Shown: piece by piece, positions 5,165 through 16,200 of the stretch
Layout: every line of letters begins with the position of its first letter
Numbering within the stretch: the first letter of the stretch is position 1
From: a virus
Lineage: Duplodnaviria; Caudoviricetes
Virus record (IMG/VR): IMGVR_UViG_3300005805_000152
Coordinates: 1 to 44,024 of that record
Direction: 5' to 3' (one strand)
DNA: 44,024 nt
Notes under the pieces: model-generated
What the model was told of the DNA's origin: nothing
Databases searched by the model: none
What the model saw: the letters and a program-made list of their open reading frames with translations, nothing else
Program-made: the position numbers and the translations under genes

Positions 5165-5341
5165 ATGAAAAAGAATCAAGGAGACGATGTAAAAACAATT
5201 CAAGTTGATCCCATAACGGGCGATTATTATGTTATAATACCTGAATGGATAGCAAATGAGTTATCCTGGTATGAGGACACAGATATTAAATTCACAGTCG
5301 ACGGAGATGAGGTAATTCTAAGTGAACACACAACGAACTGA
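5165..5341 (+). CDS. AbrB/MazE-type swapped-hairpin DNA-binding protein (58 aa)
   Basis: Not in track; MKKNQGDDVKTIQVDPITGDYYVIIPEWIANELSWYEDTDIKFTVDGDEVILSEHTTN* fits the AbrB pattern VxIPxxxxxxLxxxExxxxxFxxxGDxxIL. Confidence 0.7.
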   Translation: MKKNQGDDVKTIQVDPITGDYYVIIPEWIANELSWYEDTDIKFTVDGDEVILSEHTTN

Positions 5342-5525
5342 TAAACTTTATCACATATATGCAAAACAACAATGCATATATCACTCACTTAGTGAAAAAG
5401 AATTTAAAGAAATATGGGATACAATCAATAAGTTTGTATCCCTAACTGCAGTTATCGATAAAGACGATTTGAGTTATGAAGAAGTGACTGTGGAAAAGGA
5501 TTTAATTCAAAATGCCTCTTATTGA
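5322..5525 (+). CDS. hypothetical protein (paralog of 6328-6501)
   Basis: ORF track; GTG start uncertain. Confidence 0.65.
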   Translation: MNTQRTDKLYHIYAKQQCIYHSLSEKEFKEIWDTINKFVSLTAVIDKDDLSYEEVTVEKDLIQNASY

Positions 5526-5550
5526 CATCTTATAGATAATATTGTATGAT
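5522..5550 (+). promoter_or_regulatory. sigma70-type promoter
   Basis: TTGACA (5522-5527), 17 nt, TATGAT (5545-5550). Confidence 0.75.
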
Positions 5551-5572
5551 ACATTTGTAATTCAACTAACTT

Positions 5573-6328
5573 ATGGCTAAAGGATTTACAGTTAAAGCAA
5601 AAACTCCTGCAGTAAACCAAGCAGCTGAATGGGATTATAATCTCGCAAGAGAAATGATCAAAGGAAAATCAGTTGTTTTTTGTTTACCTGGTAGAGGAGT
5701 CTCTTACACTTATTTGAAGAGTTTTGTTCAGTTGTGCTTTGATCTAGTTCAATCAGGCGCAAGTATTCAAATCTCACAAGATTACTCCTCTATGGTGAAT
5801 TTTGCGAGATGTAAATGTCTAGGTGCAAACGTTCTTCGTGGACCTGATCAGATTCCCTGGGATGGTAAACTCAAGTATGATTATCAACTCTGGATTGATA
5901 GTGATATCGTGTTTAACACTGAAAAATTCTATCAGTTGGTTCTGATGGATAAAGATATTGCTGCGGGATGGTATTGCACTGAAGATGGAATGACCACTTC
6001 AGTTGCTCATTGGTTGGAAGAAGACGATTTCCGTAGTAATGGTGGTGTGATGAATCACGAAACACTGGAAAGTATTTCAAAGCGTCGTAAACCATTTACT
6101 GTTGATTACACTGGATTTGGGTGGCTTCTGATTAAGCACGGTGTATTCGAACACGAAGAGATGAAGTATCCTTGGTTTGCTCCAAAGATGCAAGTCTTTG
6201 AATCTGGTGAGGTTCAAGATATGTGTGGAGAAGATGTGAGTTTCTGTTTGGATGCAAAGGATGCAGGATTTGAAATTTGGTGCGATCCTCGTATTAGAGT
6301 CGGTCACGAGAAAACAAGAGTGATTTGA
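5573..6328 (+). CDS. GT-A fold glycosyltransferase-like protein
   Basis: WIDSDIVF DxD motif, VDYTGFGWLLI, GEDVSFC, RVGHEK. Confidence 0.85.
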   Translation: MAKGFTVKAKTPAVNQAAEWDYNLAREMIKGKSVVFCLPGRGVSYTYLKSFVQLCFDLVQSGASIQISQDYSSMVNFARCKCLGANVLRGPDQIPWDGKLKYDYQLWIDSDIVFNTEKFYQLVLMDKDIAAGWYCTEDGMTTSVAHWLEEDDFRSNGGVMNHETLESISKRRKPFTVDYTGFGWLLIKHGVFEHEEMKYPWFAPKMQVFESGEVQDMCGEDVSFCLDAKDAGFEIWCDPRIRVGHEKTRVI

Positions 6329-6501
6329 TGGATAAACAGTCCAACACAGAAAAATACAATATCCTTTGTAATGGTCGGAAAATCTTTTCAGATCTTACAG
6401 AGGAAGAATATTTCGATACAATGGAGGATCTGGCAGATCAATTCTATCAGACAGGTTCTCCAAAACCTGAAGATCTTGAAACTGAAATTATTAGAGGTTA
6501 A
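6328..6501 (+). CDS. 57-aa hypothetical protein
   Basis: MDKQSNTEKYNILCNGRKIFSDLTEEEYFDTMEDLADQFYQTGSPKPEDLETEIIRG*; TGATG coupling. Confidence 0.7.
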   Translation: MDKQSNTEKYNILCNGRKIFSDLTEEEYFDTMEDLADQFYQTGSPKPEDLETEIIRG

Positions 6502-6506
6502 TCATT

Positions 6507-6665
6507 ATGGCAGCAAAATCTAAGTCAACGGGCTCTTATAAAGTTAAGTCTTATGTGCCTGGTCCTCCCAAAAAGTCTCGTCAAGGAGATGGGAATGGTA
6601 CAAAATATGCCGCATCGTCTCGTAATAAAGCACGTAAAAAGTATCGCGGACAAGGGAAAGGATAA
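6507..6665 (+). CDS. 52-aa small basic protein with C-terminal KKYRGQG motif
   Basis: MAAKSKSTGSYKVKSYVPGPPKKSRQGDGNGTKYAASSRNKARKKYRGQGKG*; GAGG upstream; motif common in T4-like aquatic phages. Confidence 0.75.
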   Translation: MAAKSKSTGSYKVKSYVPGPPKKSRQGDGNGTKYAASSRNKARKKYRGQGKG

Positions 6666-7256
6666 ATGTACCATCTAGAGGTTAATGATGAATGGAATCA
6701 TATACACCCATCTGACCTCTGGATATACAATAAACTCTTTGTAAGTCGGGTTTTGGGTTATACTTGTGGTCCTGCAGGCACTACAGTTCCAAAACCCGAC
6801 TTTTATATTGTGCGCCCCTCAATCAATTTATTGGGTATGGGGCGCTTTGCTCGTCGAGAATGGATCGAAAATAAAACTGAAGATCTACATCCATCAGAAT
6901 TTTGGTGTGAAATCTTCGAAGGGGAGCATTTAAGTGTAGATTTCCGCCACCAAAAAGCAGATTTAGTAGTGCTTGGCACTCGTGATTCACATGATCCTTA
7001 CTATAAATGGAAAAAATGGGAAAAAATTGATAGAGATGTTGAATTTCCTTCAATTTTAAAAGATTTAAAAGGTGAATATGAGTGGATGAATTGTGAATTC
7101 ATTGGAAATCATCTAATCGAAGTGCATATAAGAAGAAATCCTAATTTTAGATACGGAAATACCGTTGCAATTCCAGTTTGGGGTGAAGAAAAAGTTGAAA
7201 ATATGACCTTTATCAAAGATGGTGAGTATCATAGAAGGGGTTTTTACATAGAATAA
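6666..7256 (+). CDS. ATP-grasp-like protein
   Basis: YIVRP..N..GMG..A, FWCE.FEGEHLSVD, NCEFIG..LIEVH.R.NP follow the ATP-grasp motif order. Confidence 0.6.
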   Translation: MYHLEVNDEWNHIHPSDLWIYNKLFVSRVLGYTCGPAGTTVPKPDFYIVRPSINLLGMGRFARREWIENKTEDLHPSEFWCEIFEGEHLSVDFRHQKADLVVLGTRDSHDPYYKWKKWEKIDRDVEFPSILKDLKGEYEWMNCEFIGNHLIEVHIRRNPNFRYGNTVAIPVWGEEKVENMTFIKDGEYHRRGFYIE

Positions 7257-7259
7257 ATA
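7252..7259 (+). promoter_or_regulatory. T4-type late promoter
   Basis: AATAAATA upstream of speD. Confidence 0.5.
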
Positions 7260-7294
7260 AATTTTTACTAAAAATTGAGTTGGAAAATTTTTCA

Positions 7295-7621
7295 ATGGGA
7301 AAGCACCTGCTGTTAGAGGTGTATGATATTGATTTTTCTCTTTTAAATGACGTAGAATCTCTTCAGAACGTCATGGTTAAGGGTATAAATCGTGCGAAAA
7401 TGACTATTTTGAATGTCTTTTCTCATTGTTTTATGCCACAGGGGTGTACAGTCGTTATTGCACTTGCAGAAAGTCACGTTTCTTGCCATACTTGGCCAGA
7501 AAAGGGGTGTATAGCGATTGATGTTTATACTTGTGGTGATGGAAATCCAAAATTAATCGCTTTAGAGTTGCTAAAATATTTAAATTCAGATTCATATTCA
7601 TTAAGAGAGATAAATCGTTAA
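7295..7621 (+). CDS. speD: S-adenosylmethionine decarboxylase proenzyme (pyruvoyl-dependent)
   Basis: MGKHLLLEV...HCFMPQGCT...LAESHVSCHTWPE...DVYTCG, with the ESH self-cleavage site; ATG 7295 preferred over TTG 7280. Confidence 0.9.
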   Translation: MGKHLLLEVYDIDFSLLNDVESLQNVMVKGINRAKMTILNVFSHCFMPQGCTVVIALAESHVSCHTWPEKGCIAIDVYTCGDGNPKLIALELLKYLNSDSYSLREINR

Positions 7622-7624
7622 ATA

Positions 7625-7685
7625 GGTATAAGGAGATAGCAACCTCCTACCAAAAAAGTTCTGTTTTATTCATTAAAACAGGAGC
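7625..7685 (+). promoter_or_regulatory. two-hairpin 5' leader overlapping the RBS
   Basis: AGGAG-atagcaac-CTCCT and CTGTTTTA-ttcat-TAAAACAG(GAG) just before ATG 7690; late-like TTAAATA at 7618. Confidence 0.5.
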
Positions 7686-7689
7686 TAAA

Positions 7690-7938
7690 ATGTCAAATTT
7701 ACCAGTAGATAGAGATCGAAATTACATGAGACAAATGTGGGGAACCACAGAATTAGTCACTGATTATGGTTCTGGAACAAAAAAACGTGTAATTCAAGAG
7801 ATTATGCACGATTCTGCACCAAAGCATGATTTTAAAAAGCAAGAAGAACTACACGAAAAAATTCGTAATGATGAAGACTATGATGATTGGAGTTATGGAA
7901 CTGAGCCAACTTATGGATCTTCGAACAACTGGCTATAA
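7690..7938 (+). CDS. hypothetical protein upstream of gp25
   Basis: ORF track; AGGAG RBS. Confidence 0.8.
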   Translation: MSNLPVDRDRNYMRQMWGTTELVTDYGSGTKKRVIQEIMHDSAPKHDFKKQEELHEKIRNDEDYDDWSYGTEPTYGSSNNWL

Positions 7939-7941
7939 ATA
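7934..7941 (+). promoter_or_regulatory. T4-type late promoter
   Basis: Perfect TATAAATA before gp25. Confidence 0.85.
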
Positions 7942-7966
7942 ATCCAAGAAAAACTCTTGCCAAAAT

Positions 7967-8368
7967 ATGTCTATCACCAGGATATCAAGAGGATTTAAAG
8001 ATATTAGTTTATCTTTTGAGCCTCATCCTGTAACTAACGATTTGCCTATACTTCTAAATGAAAATGCGATTCGCAAATCTGTTAGAAATTTAGTTGAAAC
8101 GATTCCTACTGAAAGATTTTTTAATTCTCTGATAGGGTCAAATGTAAGATCAAGTTTATTTGATTTTGTTGATGTGGCAACTGCAAGTGTTATTGAAAAT
8201 CAAATTAAAATTACATTAGAGAATTATGAGCCAAGAATTGAAAATGTTACCATAGAAGTGGCACCTTTTCCAGATTCAAATACATTTGATATAACTATAA
8301 TATTTGACATTATTGGGCAAGAGTTTCCAACACAAAAGTTTTCATTCATATTAGAGGCAACTAGGTAA
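7967..8368 (+). CDS. gp25: baseplate wedge subunit gp25
   Basis: FKDISLSF..HP.TND, AI.KSVRNLV.T...ERFF, YEPRI; position before gp6. Confidence 0.93.
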   Translation: MSITRISRGFKDISLSFEPHPVTNDLPILLNENAIRKSVRNLVETIPTERFFNSLIGSNVRSSLFDFVDVATASVIENQIKITLENYEPRIENVTIEVAPFPDSNTFDITIIFDIIGQEFPTQKFSFILEATR

Positions 8369-8369
8369 A

Positions 8370-10295
8370 ATGCCTTTTACTAAATTTACAAATCTAGATT
8401 TTGACCAAATTAAGTCGTCTATTAAGGATTATCTTCGTGCAAATTCTAATTTCACGGATTTTGACTTTGAAGGATCTAATTTCTCTATTTTAATTGATAC
8501 TTTAGCATATAACACTTATATTACAGCATTCAACTCTAATATGATTGTGAATGAGTCTTTCCTCGACTCAGCAACAGTTAGAGAAAATGTAGTTTCATTA
8601 GCAAGAAATATTGGTTATGTACCACGCTCTAGAACCGCAGCACGCGCCGCTGTAGCAATAAGCATCCCAACTAACACAACATCAGGAACACTCACTCTAC
8701 AGGCGGGTACAGTATGCGTAGGAAGCACAGATAATACAAGTTACATATTTTGTTTACCAGAAAGCGTTACAACAACGGTAAACAATAATCTAGCAGTATT
8801 TGGATCAAGATTAAACCCGATTAATCTTTATCAAGGAACCTTTTTATCAAAGACTTTTGAAGTCAATGGTTCTTTAGACCAGAGATTTATTCTTGAGAAT
8901 TCATTTATCGATACATCAACAATTGTTGTTTATGTTAAGAGCCCTAGTGAAACTGGACTAGGAAAAGAGTATTTTAAAGTTGACAATATTATTAATATTA
9001 AACCAACTTCAGAAACTTATCTTCTACAGGAAGTTAGAGATGAAAAGTATGAATTATTATTCGGTGATGGTATTTTTGGCAAAAAACTAGAGAATGGAAG
9101 TATTATAACAGTTACTTACATTGTAACTGATGGCAAAGAAGGAAATGGTCCTTCTAGTTTTTCATACTCTGGAAGTTTAAGAGATTCTGAAAACAATATT
9201 GTAATTCCTTCAAGTACACCATCTATAACAACTATTTCTGCCGCAGCAAATGGTGGGGATATTGAATCGATATCATCTATAAAGTATTTTGCTCCAAGAT
9301 TATATGCTGCACAGTACAGAGCAGTTACTGTTAGAGATTATGAATCGATTATTCAACAGATTTATCCAAATACCGAATCAGTCTCTGTAGTTGGTGGTGA
9401 AGAATTGTCTCCCCCAAGATACGGAAAAGTTGTTATTAGTATTAAACCAAAAAATGGTGATTATGTTTCAGATTTTGATAAGCAATTTATCTTATCAAAG
9501 TTAAAAAATTATTCTTTAACGGGAATATCACAGGAAATAGTCGACCTTAAAATTCTATATGTTGAAATTGATTCTTCTATTTACTACAACACCACTCAAG
9601 TTTCTAACGTACAGAATTTAAAAACTTCTGTAATTTCGGCACTCAATACCTATGCATCATCTGTTGATTTGAATAAGTTTGGAGGTAGGTTTAAATATAG
9701 TAGAATTTTGCAAGTTATTGATCAGGTTGATACTTCAATTACTTCCAATATAACCAAAGTAAAAATTAGAAGAAATCTAAAAGCATTATTGAATCAATTT
9801 GCACAATATGAACTCTGTTTTGGAAATAAATTCCACATCAATCCAGAAGGATTTAATATTAAGAGCTCAGGATTTTTCATTAATGAGTTTAGTTCTGTAG
9901 TTTATCTTACAGATGTTCCAAATAAAACTCCAGACGGTAAATTAGATTCTAGCGGCATGGGGGTTTTATCTATTGTAACTAAAGAGTTAACAGGTACAAA
10001 TAGAGTAATCGTCAAATCAGCTGGAACAGTTAATTATAAAACTGGGGAAATTAATTTAACGACACTTAATATTACATCTACAGTTTTACCAAATGATATT
10101 GTAGAAATCCAGGCATTCCCAGAATCAAATGATATAGTTGGATTAAAGGATTTATACTTGGTATTTGATGTTTCAAATAGTAAGATAAATATGGTTAAAG
10201 ATGTAATATCTTCAGGTGAAGATATTTCTGGTGTTACCTTCACAAGAGATTATTATACTTCAAGTTATTCAAACGGAGATCTAGAGAGGAAATAA
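8370..10295 (+). CDS. gp6: baseplate wedge subunit gp6
   Basis: LDFDQIK..IKDYL, DFDFEGSN, NESFLDSA..RENVVSLARNIGY.P, FGDGIFGK, RAVT..DYE. Confidence 0.95.
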   Translation: MPFTKFTNLDFDQIKSSIKDYLRANSNFTDFDFEGSNFSILIDTLAYNTYITAFNSNMIVNESFLDSATVRENVVSLARNIGYVPRSRTAARAAVAISIPTNTTSGTLTLQAGTVCVGSTDNTSYIFCLPESVTTTVNNNLAVFGSRLNPINLYQGTFLSKTFEVNGSLDQRFILENSFIDTSTIVVYVKSPSETGLGKEYFKVDNIINIKPTSETYLLQEVRDEKYELLFGDGIFGKKLENGSIITVTYIVTDGKEGNGPSSFSYSGSLRDSENNIVIPSSTPSITTISAAANGGDIESISSIKYFAPRLYAAQYRAVTVRDYESIIQQIYPNTESVSVVGGEELSPPRYGKVVISIKPKNGDYVSDFDKQFILSKLKNYSLTGISQEIVDLKILYVEIDSSIYYNTTQVSNVQNLKTSVISALNTYASSVDLNKFGGRFKYSRILQVIDQVDTSITSNITKVKIRRNLKALLNQFAQYELCFGNKFHINPEGFNIKSSGFFINEFSSVVYLTDVPNKTPDGKLDSSGMGVLSIVTKELTGTNRVIVKSAGTVNYKTGEINLTTLNITSTVLPNDIVEIQAFPESNDIVGLKDLYLVFDVSNSKINMVKDVISSGEDISGVTFTRDYYTSSYSNGDLERK

Positions 10296-10298
10296 AAT

Positions 10299-13200
10299 AT
10301 GATTGAAACTGGTTTGGGTTTTGATGCCAGAGTAAAAGTCCAACAAATTATCGAAAATCAACTTCCAGAGTTTATACTGGATGAGTCTCCAAAATTTTCA
10401 GAATTTTTAAAGCAGTATTACATTTCCCAAGAATTTCAGGGGGGTCCATCAGATCTTGCTGAAAATTTAGATCAATATATTAAATTAGATAATCTAACAC
10501 CAGAGGTTATAAGAGGATCTACTTCTTTAACGTATGATATTTCTTCTACAGTTGGTGTTATAACTGTCACATCAACAAAAGGATTTCCATCAGAATATGG
10601 ATTAATAAAAATTGATGATGAAGTAATTACATATACTGGAGTTACTACTAACACATTTACTGGATGTCTTAGAGGTTTTAGTGGTATAACATCATATCGC
10701 CACCCAGGCGACCCAACAGAATTAGTTTTTTCCGATACCGTTGCGTCTTCGCATTCTAATTCTTCAAGCGTAGAAAATCTAAGTTCTCTATTTTTGAAAG
10801 AATTTTATAAGAAACTTAAATTTACTCTCACTCCAGGGTTAGAAGATGTTGATTTTGTTTCTAATTTAGATGTAAGTAATTTTATTAAGCAGGCAAAATC
10901 ATTCTATCAGTCGAAGGGAACTGAAGAATCTTTTAGGATTTTATTTAATATTCTTTACGGAGAAGATCCTAAAGTTATTGATTTGGAGGATTATCTCATA
11001 AAGCCTTCTTCTGCTGATTTTTCAAGAAGAAAGATTATAATTGTTGAAAGAATCAGTGGAGATCCACTAAATCTTGTTGGTCAAACTATTAAAAGAACAA
11101 ATAATACTAAAACTCAGGCATCAGTTTCTGAAGCTGAAATTTTAACAAGAAGAAATAGAACATATTATAAGTTATCACTTTTTGTCGGATTTAATGATGC
11201 CGAAGATATTTCAGAGGGGCAATTTGTAATATCTGGAAAATCTAAAGTTCTTGAAAATACACCAATTGGTTCATCAATCATTTCAGTTGATTCGACTATT
11301 GGATTTAATGAAGCAGGATCTTTAATCTGTGGTAACAATATAATCAATTATACTTCAAAGAGTGTAAACCAATTTTTTGGGTGCTCTGGTATAGTTTCTC
11401 CTATTAATGCTACTGATGATATCAGATCCAATGAAACTATATTTGGATATGAAAATGGAGATTTAACAAAATTAGTTGAAATGAGAATTACGGGTGTTCT
11501 ATCCGAATTTGTTCCAATTAATGATATTCTTGTTGCAAATGAGCAAGAAGTTATTAGAGTCAAAAATCTCGGTGAGATTATTCAAAATCCTTTAGCGAAT
11601 AAAACGTATACTGAGACATTTGCAAATACTTGGATTTATAATACAAGTTCTAGATATCAAGTATCAAATATTTCTGGATCAACATTTACTTTATTATCTA
11701 CTATTGATAGGTCTAGTTTAAAATTGGGAGATAATGTTGAAGTTCTTGTTCGAGGTGGGCAAAATGTTGTCTCATCTAATGCTATAGTTGCTAATATTAA
11801 TAATTCTAATAATCAAATAATCCTGAATAATCTTGGTGGATTTACACCATCTCCTGGATTTTCATATGATATTCGTAGAAAAATTAGAAAAGCAACAAGT
11901 AGTGGAGCGCAATTAGAATATGGTAATGACTTAATTCTCAATGACATACAAAATGTTTATACTGAGAATGATGAATATGCATATGTTGCTGCTAATTCTA
12001 TTCCTGGATATAATCTAACAAAAGATATTGTTAAATCATCAATATCTTCCGCTTCTCCCCCAAGATTACAAGATTATAATGTTTTAACTGAAAGATATTC
12101 TATAATTTCATTCTCATCAAATGTAGAATTTATCACTGGTGATGCAGTTATTTACGAATTTGAAACCTCGCCAATGCCTGGGTTGAGTTCTGAAGAGATT
12201 TACTATGTAGAGGTTTTAAATCAACCGAACCAGATTAGGCTTTATTCAACTAGAGCTTTTATTGGTGGAGATAATTATGTTACTTTCGGCGGAGTATCTT
12301 CTGCTGGATCTCATACTTTTATTTTAGAAGAACACAGAAAAAAAATTATTGGAGCACAGAAATTATTAAGAAAATTCCCACTAGAACAGAATTTTGATAT
12401 TAATGTTGGTGAGGAGACTATTTCAGGTCCAGTTGGAATGTTAATAAATGGCGTTGAAATTATAAATTCAAAAACTAATAATAAAATATTTTATGGTCCA
12501 ATTGAATCTTCTGTTATTTTAAATTCTGGAACAGGTTATGATGTTATAAATCCACCAGATATATCAGTTTCTATTCCTACAGCAGGTATTGCTGCATCTA
12601 TTGTTCCTGTTGTGAGTGGATCTGTTAATTTTGTCTACGTTGACCCTCAAGATTTTGATATCGATGATGTAGTTTCTGTTACAGTTACTGGTGGGAACGG
12701 GAACGGATGTATCTTACAACCTGTAATTTCAAAAAGAAACAGAGAAGTAGAGTTTGATGGTAGAAGAAGTCTTTTTGGGGGAGGCGTTGATATAACTAAC
12801 GAGACTATTACTTTCCTATCCGTACATAATTTTCAGAACGGTGAAGAAATAGTTTATAATCCAAATGGAAATCCAAATCTGGGTATTGGAACTTTTGGTC
12901 CACCAGATATTTTCTTGAATAAAGCAACAGGTTTGACATTGATTACTGGAGCATCATATTATGCTAAAGTAATTAATCCAAAAACCATTCAAGTATATCC
13001 AACTTTTAATGATTATTTTGTTGGTTTGAATACTGTTGGATTTACTACAGAAAATTCTGGAGGCATTCATAAATTTAGAACACTAAGTAAGAAAACTTTA
13101 AAAGGCGTTAAAGTAATCAATCCTGGATCAGGATATGAAAATAGAAGATTATTTGTAAAGCCTGTAGGAATATCAACTATAGAAAATACAATAACATTCA

Positions 13201-16200
13201 AAAACCATAACTTTAAAGAAGGTGATCTTGTAAAATATTACTCAACAGGAACTGCAATATCTGGTCTAACAACTACGAATCAATATTATATTATTAAAAT
13301 TGATAGTGATAATTTTAAGTTGTCTGATGCTGGATCCGACATAATTCCATCAAGATTAAATTTTGAAAGAAAGAAGGTTGTCAGTTTAGGTTCTTCTACT
13401 GGATCGGGATATCATGTATTTAAATATCCAGATATTCAAACTTTTGTTAATGTTTCTTATGGAAGCACATTAGTTGGTATTATTACAGCAACGCCAAGAA
13501 TTACTGGATCAATAATAGACACTTATTTGATTGAATCTGGAACTGGATATGGATCAAGTATTCTCAATTTAGAGAAAAAACCAACCATTGTTATTAAAAA
13601 TGGAATTGGTGCTGAAGTTAATCCTATTGTTAGAGATGGTAAAATTATTAAAGTTGATGTTTTAACAGGTGGTTCAGAATATGTTTCTGCTCCAGATTTG
13701 GTTATTAATGGACCAGGTTCTGGTGCTATTCTTAGACCAGTTATCTCTAACCAAAGATTAGAAAAAGTAATAGTAATTAATAGTGGAATTGGTTATGATG
13801 AAGATTTGACCACAATCACAGTTAAGTCAGCTGGATCTGGATTTTTATTAGATACAAGGATTAGATCTTTAACCCTTAATAATGCTTATAGGTTTGGAAG
13901 TGAAATTTTATTAGATTCTGAACAAAATAATTTACAATATGGAATGGTTGGATATTCAACAGCTCTCGGTAGTCTTTATTTTGGAGATAGTGGACTAGAA
14001 CATTCTCCAATCATTGGTTGGTCGTATGATGGATGTCCGATTTATGGACCTTGGGGATATTCTGATCCAGAAGATAATAATTCTCCCGTTAGAACATTAT
14101 TGCCTGGATATGTTCTAGACACAACAAACGTTTATAATAGACCAGTATCCTTCCCATCTGGATTCTTTGTGGAAGATTATAAATTTAATGATTCTGGTGA
14201 CCTTGATGTCCATAATGGAAGATTCTGCAAAACTCCAGATTTTCAAAATGGCGTATATGCTTATTTTGTCGGAGTTTCTACAGATTTAACTACGAATACA
14301 TTAAAATCAGCATTCCCATATTTTATTGGTGATACATATAGAAATAATCTAATAACAGAAAATCTTTTATTAAATCAATCTTTCGATTTTAATAATTCAA
14401 GTCTTGTTAGAAATACATTCCCATATAAAGTTAATGATCTCTATGCGGATAATGACTTTTTAATTGAATCTAATGAAATTATCAATCAACTTTCTGTCAT
14501 TGAATCAACTAGAAAAGGTAGTGTAGATTCATTAAATATATTAGAATCTGGCGAAGGTTATAAGATCGGAGATCTTGCAGTTTTTGATAATACTGAAACT
14601 AATGGTGGTGGTATAACAGCATCCGTTAGTGAAATTACAGGTAAAGAAGTAGAAAGAATTGATACAACTGTTTTAGAATACGCAAATTCTGCATTTGTGT
14701 GGAAAGATTCTAATACAGTTATTGCAAAAGTTAATGATTATCATGATATTTCAACAAATAATAACATAGTTGTTTCTGGATTATCAACTTCAATATCTAA
14801 ATTATTTGGTATTCATAACGTAGGAGTAACTTCTACAACTTCCCTATTATTTAAATCTATGCCATCCAACGTTGTTGTTGGATTTGTAACAGATATTTTT
14901 GTTTCTAGCATTCCTTCAAATGTTTCTGCTGGAAGTTCTATCCAAATAGAAAATGAAATTTTACAAGTATTAAACATTTATAGAGATAATTCTATTCTTA
15001 GAGTTAAGAGAAGTGATGTTGGTGCAGCACATACATTATCTACATTGGTTTCATATCTTCCAAATGAGATATCAATACCATTAAAGGTTAATTACTTTGA
15101 CTCCAAGTTTAATAATAAAATATATTTTAATCCCAGAGAATCTGTTGGTGTTGGTACAACTACTGGATACTCAAATACGATTAGTTTTACAGTAGGTGAA
15201 ATTCCACGTCAAATATCAGTACCAACTCAAAATATATACATTCCAAATCACCCATTTAAAACAGGGGACTCTGTAACTTTAACTAAAAAGACAACAACCT
15301 TCCCATTAATTGTTGGAATGAGTCCATCTGGATCAACATTTAATTTGCCATTTACAACAAATACTGAAGAAATTTATGTTATTAATAAAGGTAAAGATTA
15401 TATTGGATTGGCAACAGTTAACACTGGGATTTCTTCTAGTTCTGGATTATATTTCTTCAATAATGGATCAGATAATTATGAGTATTTACTAGAAAATAAT
15501 TATAATCAAGTAACAGGAACTATTCAAAAGATAACCACTCTTGTTTCACTTTCAACTTCACACGGAATGTTGAAAGATGATGTTGTCAAACTCGATGTAA
15601 AATCTAATCTTTCGGTTGGCATAGGAACATCAACATCTGTTAGATTAGTTTATGATAGTGGATATAATAAATTACTTGCAAATCCTGTTGGATTCGATTC
15701 TTCAAATATCAATGTTTCCAACAATGTTATTAATATCAATAACCATGGATTAAAAACAGGAGATAAGGTTTTCTATAACTCTTCTGATTTAATTGCAAGT
15801 GGATTGAATACTGGTGGTTACTTTGTCTATAAGTTGGATGATAATAACATTCAACTTGGAGAAACTTCTATAGATGTTTCTAGTAGCTATCCTAATATTG
15901 TCAATATAATTGGAGTTGGCGGAAGTTCCCACCAATTAAGCGTAATCAATCCAGAAATTTCAATAGTAAGAAATAACAATTTAGTATTTGATCTTTCAGA
16001 TACTAGCTTATTTGGATACAAACTAAAAGTATTTTATGATCAGGAATTTACTAATGAGTTTATTTCGATTAGAACTCAAGATACATTTAACGTAACTAGC
16101 GAGGGAACAATTGGTATTGGATCAACTGCCACACTTACATTAAATTATTCGGATGATCTACCATCAAAACTCTACTACAATATAGAATTAAATGGTAATT

